Shown here in pieces: positions 29,081 through 39,508 of a stretch of 64,000 nt of DNA. The position numbers and the translations under genes are program-made. Within the stretch, counting starts at the first letter, position 1. Each line of letters opens with the position of its first letter. This stretch comes from Aureliella sp. (GTDB taxonomy: Bacteria > Planctomycetota > Planctomycetia > Pirellulales > Pirellulaceae): contig OY829846.1 in assembly GCA_963691875.1 (NCBI GenBank), forward strand, positions 2,144,001-2,208,000. The letters are read 5' to 3'. The notes below the pieces were generated by a model. It did not search any database. It worked only from the letters and a program-made list of their open reading frames with translations, and was not told the origin of the DNA.

Positions 29081-32000
29081 ATGCATTCTGACGAGGAGTC
29101 GACGAGCGGCTTTGAAGTGGATCCCGAATGTATTGGTCCATACCGGCTAACGAAACGCATAGGTCGAGGCGGGATGGGAGCAGTCTGGAAAGCAGAGCAG
29201 ATGTACCCGGTTGTTCGTCGGGTAGCAGTCAAGTTGATTCGCAAAGACTTGGATGCAGATGATGCTATCGCTCGTTTTGAAGTAGAGCGACAAGCGATCT
29301 CAAGGATGAATCATCCAAACATCGCAAGGATTCTCGACGCAGGCACTGCCGAGGATGGGCGTCCCTACTTTGTGATGGAACTCGTCCATGGTATGCAGAT
29401 CGATCGTTTCTGCGATCAAAAACGGCTCACTATTCGGCGACGCATTGAGCTGGTGATTTCAGTTTGCAAAGCAATCCAGCATGCGCATCAGCAGGGAATT
29501 ATTCATCGCGATTTGAAGCCATCCAACGTCTTGGTGACTGATATCGATGGCGTCAACACGGCCAAAGTGATTGACTTCGGCGTTGCCAAAGCTGTGCGTT
29601 CTCACCGCGTGATGCACGACAGCGCAGACTTGACCGCACATGGTCAGGTCGTGGGGACGCTGCAGTACATGAGCCCTGAGCAGTCTCAGGGGTATTATGT
29701 CGACACACGAACCGATATCTACGGCTTGGGCGCACTGCTTTACAGATTGTTAACCGGAAGCCTTCCCATTTCAGATGTAGCCGTTCGCAATGGATCTGTT
29801 GTGACTTTTGCCGATCAGCTACAGCATCACGATGCCCCGAAACCAAGTTCACGGTTCTTGGACAAGACTCGAGTCGTCCGAGAAGTCTGCGATGCGCGGC
29901 AAACAACCCCAGATAAATTAAGGCAGGAGTTACGTGGCGATCTAGATTGGATTGTGTGCAAAGCCGTCGAACGTGAAAGAGAATTGCGTTACGAGACGGC
30001 ACAGGAATTGGCGGCAGACCTCGAACATTATTTGAAGGATGAGGAAGTTGAAGCTCGGCCGCCTTCGGCCATCTATCGCTTTCGCAAGTTTGTGCGTCGG
30101 AACCAACTTGCGGTCGCTTCACTGACGACCATTCTCTTGCTCTTGGTCTGCGGGATATTTGGAATTGGCTATCTGTTGTCTCTCGCACTGGAAAGGGGAG
30201 AGACGGCGAGAGCCAACGAAACGAAAGCTTTGGACGAAGCCGCCCGCGCCATAAGAGCCGAAGAAGCAAGCAAAGAACTGCAAGAGCGAGGAAAGTTATT
30301 CTTGCATGCAGTTAGTGTTAAATCAGCCTGGAACAGTTGGCGGCTCGGCGACGCAAAAAACGCTTGGAAACTACTTCAGAAGACCGTCTCGAAGCCGGGT
30401 TGGGAGACTAGATACCTGCAATCTGAATTCAACATGAATAGTCAGATCTTGTATGGGCATACCGGACAAGTAATGGCTGTCGCCGCCTCGTCTGATGGGA
30501 GGCTACTCGCTACGGGTGGGATCGATGAAGTCATTCGAGTCTGGAACGCAGAAACCTACGAGTTGCTCGAGTCGCACATCGTAGGACAACCGGTGAATCA
30601 TCTTCTCTTTGCACCGAACAGCAATCAGCTTATCGGAGCGACAACGGATCGCAATTTGTTGACCATTGCAGATCCCTTGGATGAGGAGTCCGACAAAGTA
30701 AATAGTTCGAAGCCTTTCCAACGAGACATCGAGGTTCTACTTCAGACACAGCTTCCCGACGGAACAGAAGCATTAGTCGTTGGAGAGTCACATTTAGTCT
30801 CAGATCGCATTGGCATTCATTGGAATTCCCGCGAGGTAGGGCCCGCGTCGCTCCGCATTCTTAGGCAGGATGATCTCTCCGAGATGCAGGTGCTAGAGGG
30901 GCATCATGTCATGGTTAGCGGCCTCGCCTACAGTCCCCAACGCAAACGTTTGATCAGTACCGACCTCGATGGCGTCATCAAGACTTGGGAAGCTGATTTG
31001 GAAGGACGGTTCTCTGAGGCGGAGAGCACGCAGCAGCATTTCGGAATCAAGCATGCAATACTCATGCCGAGTGGTAGACACCTGGCTGTCGCTTGTAATG
31101 ACCTCGTCATTCGAATATTGGACGTGCGGACTTGGAACACAATAGAGACATTGGTTGGACATCGAGCGCAAATTCGTCGACTCGCCGTAAGTCCTAACGG
31201 TCAACGAATTGCTTCCGTATCTGTGGATCGTACCGCGAGAGTATGGAACAGCGATGGCTCTTTGCTGGTCGAATGCCTCGGGCACCTCGATGTTGTGGCA
31301 GATATTTGCTTCCTTAACGAAGGCAAGCAAATTGCCACAGCATCCGACGACGCAACCGCAGCAATTTGGTCTGCTTCATCCCGCCCTGGAACACACCGGC
31401 ATCGCCCCTTCTCCAAGTTGGCTTGGTCTGCGGACTTTTCTGCCGATGGAAGTCGGATCGTTGCGGTAAGCGAAGACGGCGGAATCCAGTTGTTTTCGTC
31501 ACGCGACCTGTCGCTGTTGGCAAAGAAGGAAACTGATTTGGAGGTGCTGACGACAGCTTTCTCACCCAATGCGAACGTGCTAGTCCACGCGGGAATTGAC
31601 GGAGTACTTACACTCCGCGACGGTAGCAACTTGGAAATACTCGACAACGTAACCGCTCACGAGACTTACATCTGGGACGTGAACTACTCAGAAGACGGAA
31701 AGTATTTGGTCACGGCCGGCACTGACATGTTGGCCAGAATCTGGAACACGGAAGACTGGAGTCTTGAGCAAGAGCTGAAGGGCCATACAGCCGAGTTGGC
31801 GTCTGCCTGCTTTTCGCACGATGGTTCGTTTGTGGTCACCGCGAGTGACGATAAAACGGTACGCCTGTGGAGCACTGAAACCGGTGAGGAGCTGCATGTC
31901 TTTCAAAGGCACAAGAGTGCTGTCTGGAGAGCAGTTGTTTCCCGAGACGATAGTACAATCGTCTCGAGTGGCTTCGATGGCGAAGTTTTTGTTTGGGAAG

Positions 32001-32710
32001 TGGAGAAACGTACGGAACGCCATCACATGCAAGCGCATCGTAATCAAATCGCTGGACTCTGCATCTCTAATGATGGTCAGCGTTTCGTTACGGCCTCCGA
32101 TGATGGAACCATACGCTTTTGGGACATGGAGCAACCAACAGAGATCTTTGAGCTTGGTGAGCCTGAGAGTGCACCGGTTGTTCATGCCTCTTTTTCACCC
32201 GATGGGCGCATGCTGATCACCGGCAACGCAATTGGCGGTTTAACGCTTCGCCATTCTTCACCGGTTGGGCAATTTCAGGAGCGATTCCTGCCGGAGGATT
32301 CCAAGGATTTTGCTAACCGCATGATGTCTCCTGTCCGCGACGAAGCGACCACAAAGAAACAGCTTAAGACGATGCTCGCGGAAGCAGATCGATGCGTCAG
32401 GTATTTTCCGGGGTACGAAGTGATGACGATCAAAGGTATCGCAGAGTTTCTCCTGGGGCAGCTGGATGAAAGTATCGACAGCATGAAAGAGGCTGCACGA
32501 TTGCGAGCCTTCGAGTATCGCGACCCAGACATCCGCCCCTACATCGAAGCCTATCTATGCTTTGCGTATGCGGACCGCAGTATGTGGGAAAAGGCAAAGG
32601 TGCAAAGAGGACTATTCAAAGAGAGAGAATCCGTCCCACCCGTGAGTTATGACTCAGAAATCAAAGTACTTTCCTCACGCATCGATGCCAGAATGCCAGA
32701 GGCTCGTTAA
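29081..32710 (+). CDS. Hanks-type Ser/Thr protein kinase with a TM helix and WD40 repeats
   Basis: GRGGMG, VAVK, HRDLKPSN, DFG and YMSPEQ motifs; TM segment; many GH…WD/WN repeats. Confidence 0.93.
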   Translation: MHSDEESTSGFEVDPECIGPYRLTKRIGRGGMGAVWKAEQMYPVVRRVAVKLIRKDLDADDAIARFEVERQAISRMNHPNIARILDAGTAEDGRPYFVMELVHGMQIDRFCDQKRLTIRRRIELVISVCKAIQHAHQQGIIHRDLKPSNVLVTDIDGVNTAKVIDFGVAKAVRSHRVMHDSADLTAHGQVVGTLQYMSPEQSQGYYVDTRTDIYGLGALLYRLLTGSLPISDVAVRNGSVVTFADQLQHHDAPKPSSRFLDKTRVVREVCDARQTTPDKLRQELRGDLDWIVCKAVERERELRYETAQELAADLEHYLKDEEVEARPPSAIYRFRKFVRRNQLAVASLTTILLLLVCGIFGIGYLLSLALERGETARANETKALDEAARAIRAEEASKELQERGKLFLHAVSVKSAWNSWRLGDAKNAWKLLQKTVSKPGWETRYLQSEFNMNSQILYGHTGQVMAVAASSDGRLLATGGIDEVIRVWNAETYELLESHIVGQPVNHLLFAPNSNQLIGATTDRNLLTIADPLDEESDKVNSSKPFQRDIEVLLQTQLPDGTEALVVGESHLVSDRIGIHWNSREVGPASLRILRQDDLSEMQVLEGHHVMVSGLAYSPQRKRLISTDLDGVIKTWEADLEGRFSEAESTQQHFGIKHAILMPSGRHLAVACNDLVIRILDVRTWNTIETLVGHRAQIRRLAVSPNGQRIASVSVDRTARVWNSDGSLLVECLGHLDVVADICFLNEGKQIATASDDATAAIWSASSRPGTHRHRPFSKLAWSADFSADGSRIVAVSEDGGIQLFSSRDLSLLAKKETDLEVLTTAFSPNANVLVHAGIDGVLTLRDGSNLEILDNVTAHETYIWDVNYSEDGKYLVTAGTDMLARIWNTEDWSLEQELKGHTAELASACFSHDGSFVVTASDDKTVRLWSTETGEELHVFQRHKSAVWRAVVSRDDSTIVSSGFDGEVFVWEVEKRTERHHMQAHRNQIAGLCISNDGQRFVTASDDGTIRFWDMEQPTEIFELGEPESAPVVHASFSPDGRMLITGNAIGGLTLRHSSPVGQFQERFLPEDSKDFANRMMSPVRDEATTKKQLKTMLAEADRCVRYFPGYEVMTIKGIAEFLLGQLDESIDSMKEAARLRAFEYRDPDIRPYIEAYLCFAYADRSMWEKAKVQRGLFKERESVPPVSYDSEIKVLSSRIDARMPEAR

Positions 32711-32853
32711 CGCACCGCGACATCTTTGGCGGCATTTGTCGCGCAAGCGATAAATGTCCAAGACAACCTGGAATTCGGCTTCCATTTATCTCGCCTAGCC
32801 CTGCCCAGGTAATTCTAGAATCGAAACCTTGGCCAGTGTCGGAGTTTCAACAT

Positions 32854-33967
32854 ATGTCGCGGTCTTCTTCTTCGCCCTGCACAGTCCCTTCTCGCCATCT
32901 CTGTCTCACTTGATTGCTCCACCCTTCATGCTGTCGCACAGCAGCTAGAAAATGGCTTCGATCGTACTGCCTGGGAACGGCCAAAGGAAGACACCGGTAA
33001 GTCCATCAAAGTGAGTTGTAGTGTCGGAGGAAGAATTTAGTTGACCAATATCCTCAGCGAATAATTTGGCGAAGCAAAAATTCGGTCGCGTTCTAACGCG
33101 AACGACAGTTTTAGCGTCATGCTCCAGGCCGTTCCCAACTTCGACACCAAGGGGAAATTCGCACTGGTGATTGATGGGGTAGGCGAAATAGTAAGCTCGC
33201 GCGGAAAAGCCCGAGGCGAAGTTGCGAAAGATCTCGAATTGATCGTCGACATTCATGGCCTCGAGAATGTGCAGAAGATAGCCCAAGAGCTCAAGGCTGA
33301 TATTCAGCTTCGAGAGCATCTCGGTCACCAACGCTTGGTTTCACTTGTCAACACCAAGAAAGAATATCGAATTGCTGCACCTGTAGAGTTAGAGATGCGA
33401 ATCAAGAACTTTGGTAAAAAGACTGTTCGATTCATGGATGGAGGACAACAACGGGGCCCGTGCAACCATCAATTTGCCTTTGTTTCTAAACCGGCGGTAC
33501 CTGATAACTGCGATGCATTCAATTTCGGTGGTATCGCTGTCTTTCGCAATCTTGAGCCAGGTGCTACGTTCATCAAGAAAGTCGATATCACCCAATGGTT
33601 CAAACTCTACAAAGCACAGAGCTACGAGATCACCGCACTATTCGAAATGGAGCTGCACAAAGAGTCCTTCGGAGTAGACTATCTAAGGAATAAGACCGCC
33701 GTCGGTCGATGTCGCGTATTACCGGCTAGTTCTCGTTCCAAATCGAGATACCTCGCTGACCGACCAACCGATCTGGTGGCATCCTGCACCTCTGTTTTCT
33801 TCCTAGGTACTTGGAACGGATGGAGCCCCAGTGAATCTTCCCCAAGCAGAGGCTGTAAGCCTCCGGTACTGATTGGGGCCTTAACTAGCAGCCTCCGCTG
33901 CGGCATGCTCTTTCACGCCAAATGCTATCTGATGTTTTCTAGCTGCAAGTCTCAGAGTAAGCTGTAG
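32854..33967 (+). pseudogene. Degraded secreted hypothetical protein; the residual ORF is 33119-33967
   Basis: GGAG plus ATG at 32854 is out of frame; signal-peptide-like SLLAISVS…HAVA|QQ; in-frame TAG 33038 and TAA 33062 upstream of the ORF. Confidence 0.55.
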
Positions 33968-34062
33968 ACTTCACCAAGGCCTGTCATTCGGGCCTCCTTA
34001 TCAGCCACCATTTTGGGGTGGCGCCGTTCTCCCACCATTGATTTTGACGAGTTTTTGAAGAC

Positions 34063-35406
34063 GTGGCGGCTGGATCTCGAAGAGGCATATACCCACTACG
34101 ACTCGCACCTTTTGAATCGTACATGTATGCTGACGATCAACCTCGCGCGGCTATGACTTTTGTCGTCGAGTTCGATTTTTCGGGCGAGGTTGAGAAGAAA
34201 CGCTTTCAGACGGCTTATGACAAGGCCCTTCAACGGCACCCGCTTCTACGCTCGATCATTCGCAAAGCCAAAGCCAATCGCGACTGTTGGGTCGCTCCGG
34301 ACGAGTACGATTCACAGATTGGCTGGCTGGGCGGAGAAGACTTTATCCACATTGCGGGTGCTGGTTTTGAGCTTGATCTAACGCAGCAAGTGGGTATTAA
34401 AACCTGGGGGCGCGTCGGTAACGGTGAGTCGCGATTCACATTCGTCTTCCATCACGCCTGCTGTGACGGAATCGGAGCCTATCAATTTGTCGGCGATTGC
34501 CTATGGTACTATGCAGAGCTGATGGGGGAAGAGCTTGAACCTCTCATTGAACTGGACGAAACGGACCTAAAGGCACGGATGCGAGTCACTACCACTCCAG
34601 AGCTTTTGGGGTTCCATCATCGTGAGCAAATCGGTCCACCGCAGAAACCTTCCTGCCCCGTTGCTCAAGTTGATGGTGAAGCGGGCAAGACAGATCGCAG
34701 CTATCCGAACTTCTTCACCTACACCTACGAGAAAGACGCGTATCGCGATCTCAGGCTACGCGCCCAGGGGATGGGACAGACGGTAAATGATCTTTTACTC
34801 GAGTCCATGTTCATTGCTATTCTTAGGTGGAATCGAAAGCACGGCATAGAAGCCGCAAATGGGGCTGTGACCATCAACATGCCGCTGGATCTGCGTGAGC
34901 CAGGGCAACCGAACTTTTCTGCCGTCAATTTGGTCACCAGTGGATTCTTGCAGCGTAGCGTGCAGGAGATCGAAAATCGTGAGGCACTCGAACAATCAAT
35001 TCGTGAAGAGTGCACCCTGCTAAAGCACACGCGCTTTGAATCAGAGCTGATGAAATTCCTGTTCGGTATCTCCGGTGATGTACACGAAGCGGCACAAAGC
35101 TTCCGCGGCGAAGACTGTATGTCGACAGTCGTGTTCTCCAACACCGGAGATCCTACCAAACGGTTCTTGGCCAAGCTGCCACGTCGCGGTGGAAAAGTTC
35201 GCGCTGCAAACTTGGTCCTGGAAGACATCAACGGAGTCTCCCCGTTGCGTTACCAGACTAGAGCATCCTTCTCCTTGTTCACGTATCAGCGTCGTTTGCG
35301 CATCTGCATGCGAACCGATGCTGAGTTCCTCAGCGATGCTGCAAGCCAAGCTTTCTTAGATAACTTCGTCGAATGTATCGACAATCCTTCGCCAGATGCG
35401 CTGTAG
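34063..35406 (+). CDS. Stand-alone condensation-domain/CoA-dependent acyltransferase (PapA5/WS-DGAT-like fold)
   Basis: RHPLLRS, catalytic HHACCDG (HHxxxDG), TVNDLL, PLDLR and FSNTG motifs. Confidence 0.8.
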   Translation: MAAGSRRGIYPLRLAPFESYMYADDQPRAAMTFVVEFDFSGEVEKKRFQTAYDKALQRHPLLRSIIRKAKANRDCWVAPDEYDSQIGWLGGEDFIHIAGAGFELDLTQQVGIKTWGRVGNGESRFTFVFHHACCDGIGAYQFVGDCLWYYAELMGEELEPLIELDETDLKARMRVTTTPELLGFHHREQIGPPQKPSCPVAQVDGEAGKTDRSYPNFFTYTYEKDAYRDLRLRAQGMGQTVNDLLLESMFIAILRWNRKHGIEAANGAVTINMPLDLREPGQPNFSAVNLVTSGFLQRSVQEIENREALEQSIREECTLLKHTRFESELMKFLFGISGDVHEAAQSFRGEDCMSTVVFSNTGDPTKRFLAKLPRRGGKVRAANLVLEDINGVSPLRYQTRASFSLFTYQRRLRICMRTDAEFLSDAASQAFLDNFVECIDNPSPDAL

Positions 35407-35639
35407 TACTTCTCCAGCAACAGCTGCCCGACAAAGAGGGCAGCGACAAGGGGACAGCGGATTGCAACCCTTCTGATTGCACGCCACTGCAGAGTCTGAA
35501 ACTCGAGACGAGTTCCTCTAGCCCGCACGATGGTATTTAGTTGCTCTCTGCAAATCAGTTCCAAAACGTTACCTTGGTTGCTCGTCGTTGACATTTCAGT
35601 TCTTTGGAAAACTCTCCTCGATTAATAGCGGGAATTCTT

Positions 35640-36173
35640 TTGAAAAGCGATTTTATACTGACCTTCACGAGTCCAGATCGGCCCGGCGTGATAGAGGATC
35701 CGACGCAATTTGTCGTGGATTGCGGTGGTAATTGGGAAGAGAGTCGTTCAGCCCGACTTTGCGGTGACTTTGCGGGAATTGCCCGCGTCTCGATCGAAGA
35801 AGATTCAATCGCCAAGTTTGAGCAAGGTTTAGGAGAATTCCAAACCAAAGGCATTGTCGCCCAAGCCCGCAAGAATACACCTCAACCCGAACAGGGTGAA
35901 GCCACGTCAGGCGCACTAATCTGTTCCGGCGCAGATCACGAGGGGATCGTTAGTGGCGTTGCGAGCCGGCTTGCTGCAATGGGAGTCAACGTCGAGGAGA
36001 TGGAAACGACGGTTCTAGCCGCCCCAACTACCGGCACAACGCTGTTTCAAATGCAGTGCCAATTAACCCTGCCAAGCGATTGCGATCTTGAGCAGTTGCG
36101 TAGCCAGCTACAAGTCCTCGAACAAGATCTAGCTGTTGAGATTGAGTTGCTTGATGCAGAGTCCGCGTTCTAG
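35640..36173 (+). CDS. Tandem ACT-domain protein, GcvR-like
   Basis: Two ACT repeats (PDRPGVI…GGNWEESR and ADHEGIV…GVNVEEM). Confidence 0.8.
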   Translation: MKSDFILTFTSPDRPGVIEDPTQFVVDCGGNWEESRSARLCGDFAGIARVSIEEDSIAKFEQGLGEFQTKGIVAQARKNTPQPEQGEATSGALICSGADHEGIVSGVASRLAAMGVNVEEMETTVLAAPTTGTTLFQMQCQLTLPSDCDLEQLRSQLQVLEQDLAVEIELLDAESAF

Positions 36174-36543
36174 TTGAGGCCTACGTTGGAAAGAGTGAAA
36201 TTCGCGAGAAGATTGTTCGCGTTGTTGAACCACACGCTGGCTTAGCTCTTCTGTTCCGCCATCAACGCTGGCACGAGAGCGAACACCTCGCGTCCGGAGT
36301 CAAATACGTGCTCCGCAGCGATGTTGTTCTTCGCCTATTAGCCTAAAAGCTGGGCAGGCGTTTACCTCAATGTGGCATTGGCGTCCCGCCTGTGGATGCC
36401 TGCAAAACGATAATTAAGTTATGGAACGCCTGATTAAGCCATCGCCCCTATGGCTAGGCGTTAAACAAATACCGGACAAATATCCTGGGATACGCCTCTC
36501 ACTTGCCATTTGCATTGGTGTGCCAATGCGCGACAAACCGTTT

Positions 36544-38082
36544 CTATCGATCGTAGACCGGCAAGACTCGTGCGTCGGCTCGCTCATAGGCAACGCGACC
36601 GTTGACGACAGCGATCTCAACGTAGGTACGATAGTCCAATGGCTGGCCATTGAGAATCAGGATGTCAGCGTCCTTACCAACTTCCAGACTGCCAATACGA
36701 TCCTCCAAGCCTAGCATTCGAGCTGGGACAATCGTCAGTGCTTCCAAAGCCTTCCGTTCACTGGCACCGCCACGAACTAAGAATGCCGCTTCGAGAGGCA
36801 AGCTAGTCAAATCACGCCCAGCTAGGCCATTCAGACTAATGGAACTCGTCAGAGCCGTCACCGCGAAGGGAACGCCCGTCTCTTCCATTACGCGTGGTGT
36901 TTCAATCCAAGTACCGCTGCGTTCTTCGGCGCCAAACTCAGGATCGCGACGGCGGCGTGGAGTCAAAACGACGGATGCTTCCACCTCGGCAATCTGCTTG
37001 GCAATTACCCAAGATTCGTAAGCACCCGTGATGACAACTTTGAAGTCCAGCTCACGTGACAATCGAATAATGTTCAAGATCTCCGATACAGTCAGCGCCG
37101 AGATTCGAAGTGAGATCTGCTTTTGAACTAACTTCAGGGTTTCGTCACTGACTGGCTTACGAGGTGGCTTTTCTTTCTTGCCAGCTGCAGTCGCCTTCTG
37201 GTGTGCCTCCTGATCCTTCAGATACTTGCGAGCCAGCTTAAAGCGTTCTCGCCAGTTGCGTTGATTCGTTGCACCCCGAAAGGAACCGGATGATACATCG
37301 AGGAAGGCATTCTGCGCTACGAGCATATTCTTCAAGCTGCCATAGGACATCTTGATAACAGCGTTCTTCTGCGCACGAATCGGCGTCGAAGGCGGCGCCG
37401 TGATGGGAGCCGTTGGAAGGATCGGCAAGCCACAGCAGGGGCAAGTCGAGATGAATTCGCCAAAGTCGCGGACCTCTGGCTGCTCGAGCATTGCCAATTC
37501 GGCTTCATCTGGATCCAAGCCAGGGAATCGTTCTGTCACCGGAAATCCATCAGGTACTCCGCCGACTTCGACTCCAAAGGGACCGCGACGGCTTCCACCG
37601 GAAACCTGCATGCACCCCGTCGTGATGCCGACGCCAAGGCAAAGCTTGACATTGTTGTCGAAGGGATCTAGTCCGTCCTCATACTTTGCACCACTGCTAC
37701 TCGACGTCCGAAGGCCAACTCGTGAAACATCTAATGCGACGAACCCAGGGGACACTGTCTTACCTGACGCATCGATCTGTTCGCAACCCTCAGGAATCTC
37801 GACTTCACTTCCGATTTCCTTGATCTTGCCATCTTCGATCAAGATCGTGCCACCACGGATGCGACCTTCGGTAACCGTGATGATATTGCCGCCAACGATA
37901 GCCAGCATGTCCTCCTTTGACACAGGCTTGGCTTCGGGCTTCTTCTCCGCTTCCTTTTTCATTTCAGGATTTTGCAAAGCAGGTTTTTCAGCAGGCTTCT
38001 TCTCTTGCGCGAAAGAAGCCGCGGCAAACAACGATGCGATGCAAACTGAGGCAATTATCTGTTTGTAGCCACGGAAAATCAT
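36544..38082 (-). CDS. Secreted amidohydrolase-like protein, catalytically degenerate, with a CPCC insert (operon gene 7)
   Basis: Signal peptide; SPGFVALDVS replaces PGxIDxHxH; GITT and PARMLG…IGSLEVGKDAD motifs; start ambiguous (38082 with GGAG, or 38112/38127). Confidence 0.88.
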   Translation of the reverse strand: MIFRGYKQIIASVCIASLFAAASFAQEKKPAEKPALQNPEMKKEAEKKPEAKPVSKEDMLAIVGGNIITVTEGRIRGGTILIEDGKIKEIGSEVEIPEGCEQIDASGKTVSPGFVALDVSRVGLRTSSSSGAKYEDGLDPFDNNVKLCLGVGITTGCMQVSGGSRRGPFGVEVGGVPDGFPVTERFPGLDPDEAELAMLEQPEVRDFGEFISTCPCCGLPILPTAPITAPPSTPIRAQKNAVIKMSYGSLKNMLVAQNAFLDVSSGSFRGATNQRNWRERFKLARKYLKDQEAHQKATAAGKKEKPPRKPVSDETLKLVQKQISLRISALTVSEILNIIRLSRELDFKVVITGAYESWVIAKQIAEVEASVVLTPRRRRDPEFGAEERSGTWIETPRVMEETGVPFAVTALTSSISLNGLAGRDLTSLPLEAAFLVRGGASERKALEALTIVPARMLGLEDRIGSLEVGKDADILILNGQPLDYRTYVEIAVVNGRVAYERADARVLPVYDR

Positions 38083-38116
38083 CGAAGGCACTCCGGCACT
38101 GGAAGAATTCATGTAA

Positions 38117-39472
38117 CTATTTTCCATGGACCGACTTCCCACGAATGAAGACTTGTTCTACTTCGGTCATCGCACCGAGTGGATCACCATCGAACAAGAC
38201 CAAGTTAGCTAACTTTCCGACTTCCAGCGAGCCGAGCTCTTTTTCCATCCCCAACAACTTGGCGGGGCCAATGGTCAGGGCCTTCAAAGCGACGTCACGA
38301 TCCAGCCCAGCTCGAACGAGCATACCGACTGAGAACAGCGGATTGTGCTGCATGTTTCGGAAATCACTCTGACCGAGCGAAAGTGAGAACACGAAGTCCA
38401 CCTTCTTCTTCGTCAGCATCGCAGGCACATTCACGCGAAGCCGTGAATTTGGTTTGCTATCGATTCGCGGTGGCAAGATGATCGAGTAACGTTTCGGATC
38501 GAGATTCTCTTGGTTGAGATAAACGTCTCCACCAGCCGCAATCAAAGCAATCTTCGCTTTGGATTTCTCACCTGCAGCCGCGTCCACATGCAATATACTG
38601 GAAGCGTTGTTGACGTTTACAAAGACAGGACTCTTTCCCTCGCGAACCGTGCCCCAAAGTTTATCAACTGGGCTCTCGGGTTTCTTCGTTGCCGTTGAGT
38701 TGGTGCTTGAGGGGCTCGGCCGAGCAGTTGGAATTGGAATACGATTGCCAAACCTCGCTCGCAACGCAGCAAGTTGTTCCGGCGACGGGCTACGCGGTGC
38801 CGCGGTACTGGTCGTTGTTGAACTTGGTTCTTTCAATCCCTTACGCAGGACATCCAGGGCGCGAGTTTCGTTGCTAACGGTGGTGATGAGTAACCCGTCA
38901 GGCTTCTTTAGTCCCACCAACGCCTTGTCGCTTTCTACAAGTTCTCCCAGGGCACTCTGCGCGTAACCGCCTGTGACCAAATGGAAGTTCGTAATGCCAC
39001 TACGCACCGCAGCCGACCAGTTTATGTCTTCTACCTCGAAGCCGTCGGCGACCTTGGCAAACGTAGTCGCAATGGCTGTGCTACCACCACCGATGGTGAA
39101 AACCCGTCCTTGAAACACAATCGTTCGAGGGGGGGTCGAGGTTACGTTACGACCGATCGTCACAACATAGTAGGGATCTACGATTCCTGGCATGAGAGTC
39201 TTGCCGCCGGCGTCGACAACTTGAGCCGATACTGGAATCGTGACGTCTTTGCCGACCGCAGCGATCTTGCCATCCTGGACCAAAACGGTCCCGTTCTTGA
39301 TGACGCCCGCCTTGCTGATCGTTTCCAGCCGTGCGTTGGTAATGGCGAGCGTTCGCTGTGCCTGAGCCGCTTTGGGCAAGACTAGTAGGGAACAACATGC
39401 AACACATCGCACTAGATGTGGTAGCCAGCTCTTTCGCTCGCCATTGTGATTGTTCAGTTTGGATTCGGCCAT
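38117..39472 (-). CDS. Secreted amidohydrolase-like protein, catalytically degenerate (operon gene 6)
   Basis: MPGIVDPYY (no HxH); GPAKLLG…LGSLEVGKLAN; signal peptide …AAQA|Q. Confidence 0.88.
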   Translation of the reverse strand: MAESKLNNHNGERKSWLPHLVRCVACCSLLVLPKAAQAQRTLAITNARLETISKAGVIKNGTVLVQDGKIAAVGKDVTIPVSAQVVDAGGKTLMPGIVDPYYVVTIGRNVTSTPPRTIVFQGRVFTIGGGSTAIATTFAKVADGFEVEDINWSAAVRSGITNFHLVTGGYAQSALGELVESDKALVGLKKPDGLLITTVSNETRALDVLRKGLKEPSSTTTSTAAPRSPSPEQLAALRARFGNRIPIPTARPSPSSTNSTATKKPESPVDKLWGTVREGKSPVFVNVNNASSILHVDAAAGEKSKAKIALIAAGGDVYLNQENLDPKRYSIILPPRIDSKPNSRLRVNVPAMLTKKKVDFVFSLSLGQSDFRNMQHNPLFSVGMLVRAGLDRDVALKALTIGPAKLLGMEKELGSLEVGKLANLVLFDGDPLGAMTEVEQVFIRGKSVHGK

Positions 39473-39508
39473 GGATTTTGCTTTGCTAATACCTGTTCCT
39501 TAAGGCCT

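Noticed and set aside
17368..33040. Amber recoding (pyrrolysine or code 15) suggested by in-frame TAGs at 17368, 28985 and 33038
   Set aside because: TAG terminates many conserved genes here (parB, uvrA, several operon genes), and two of the three cases sit in genes with other lesions
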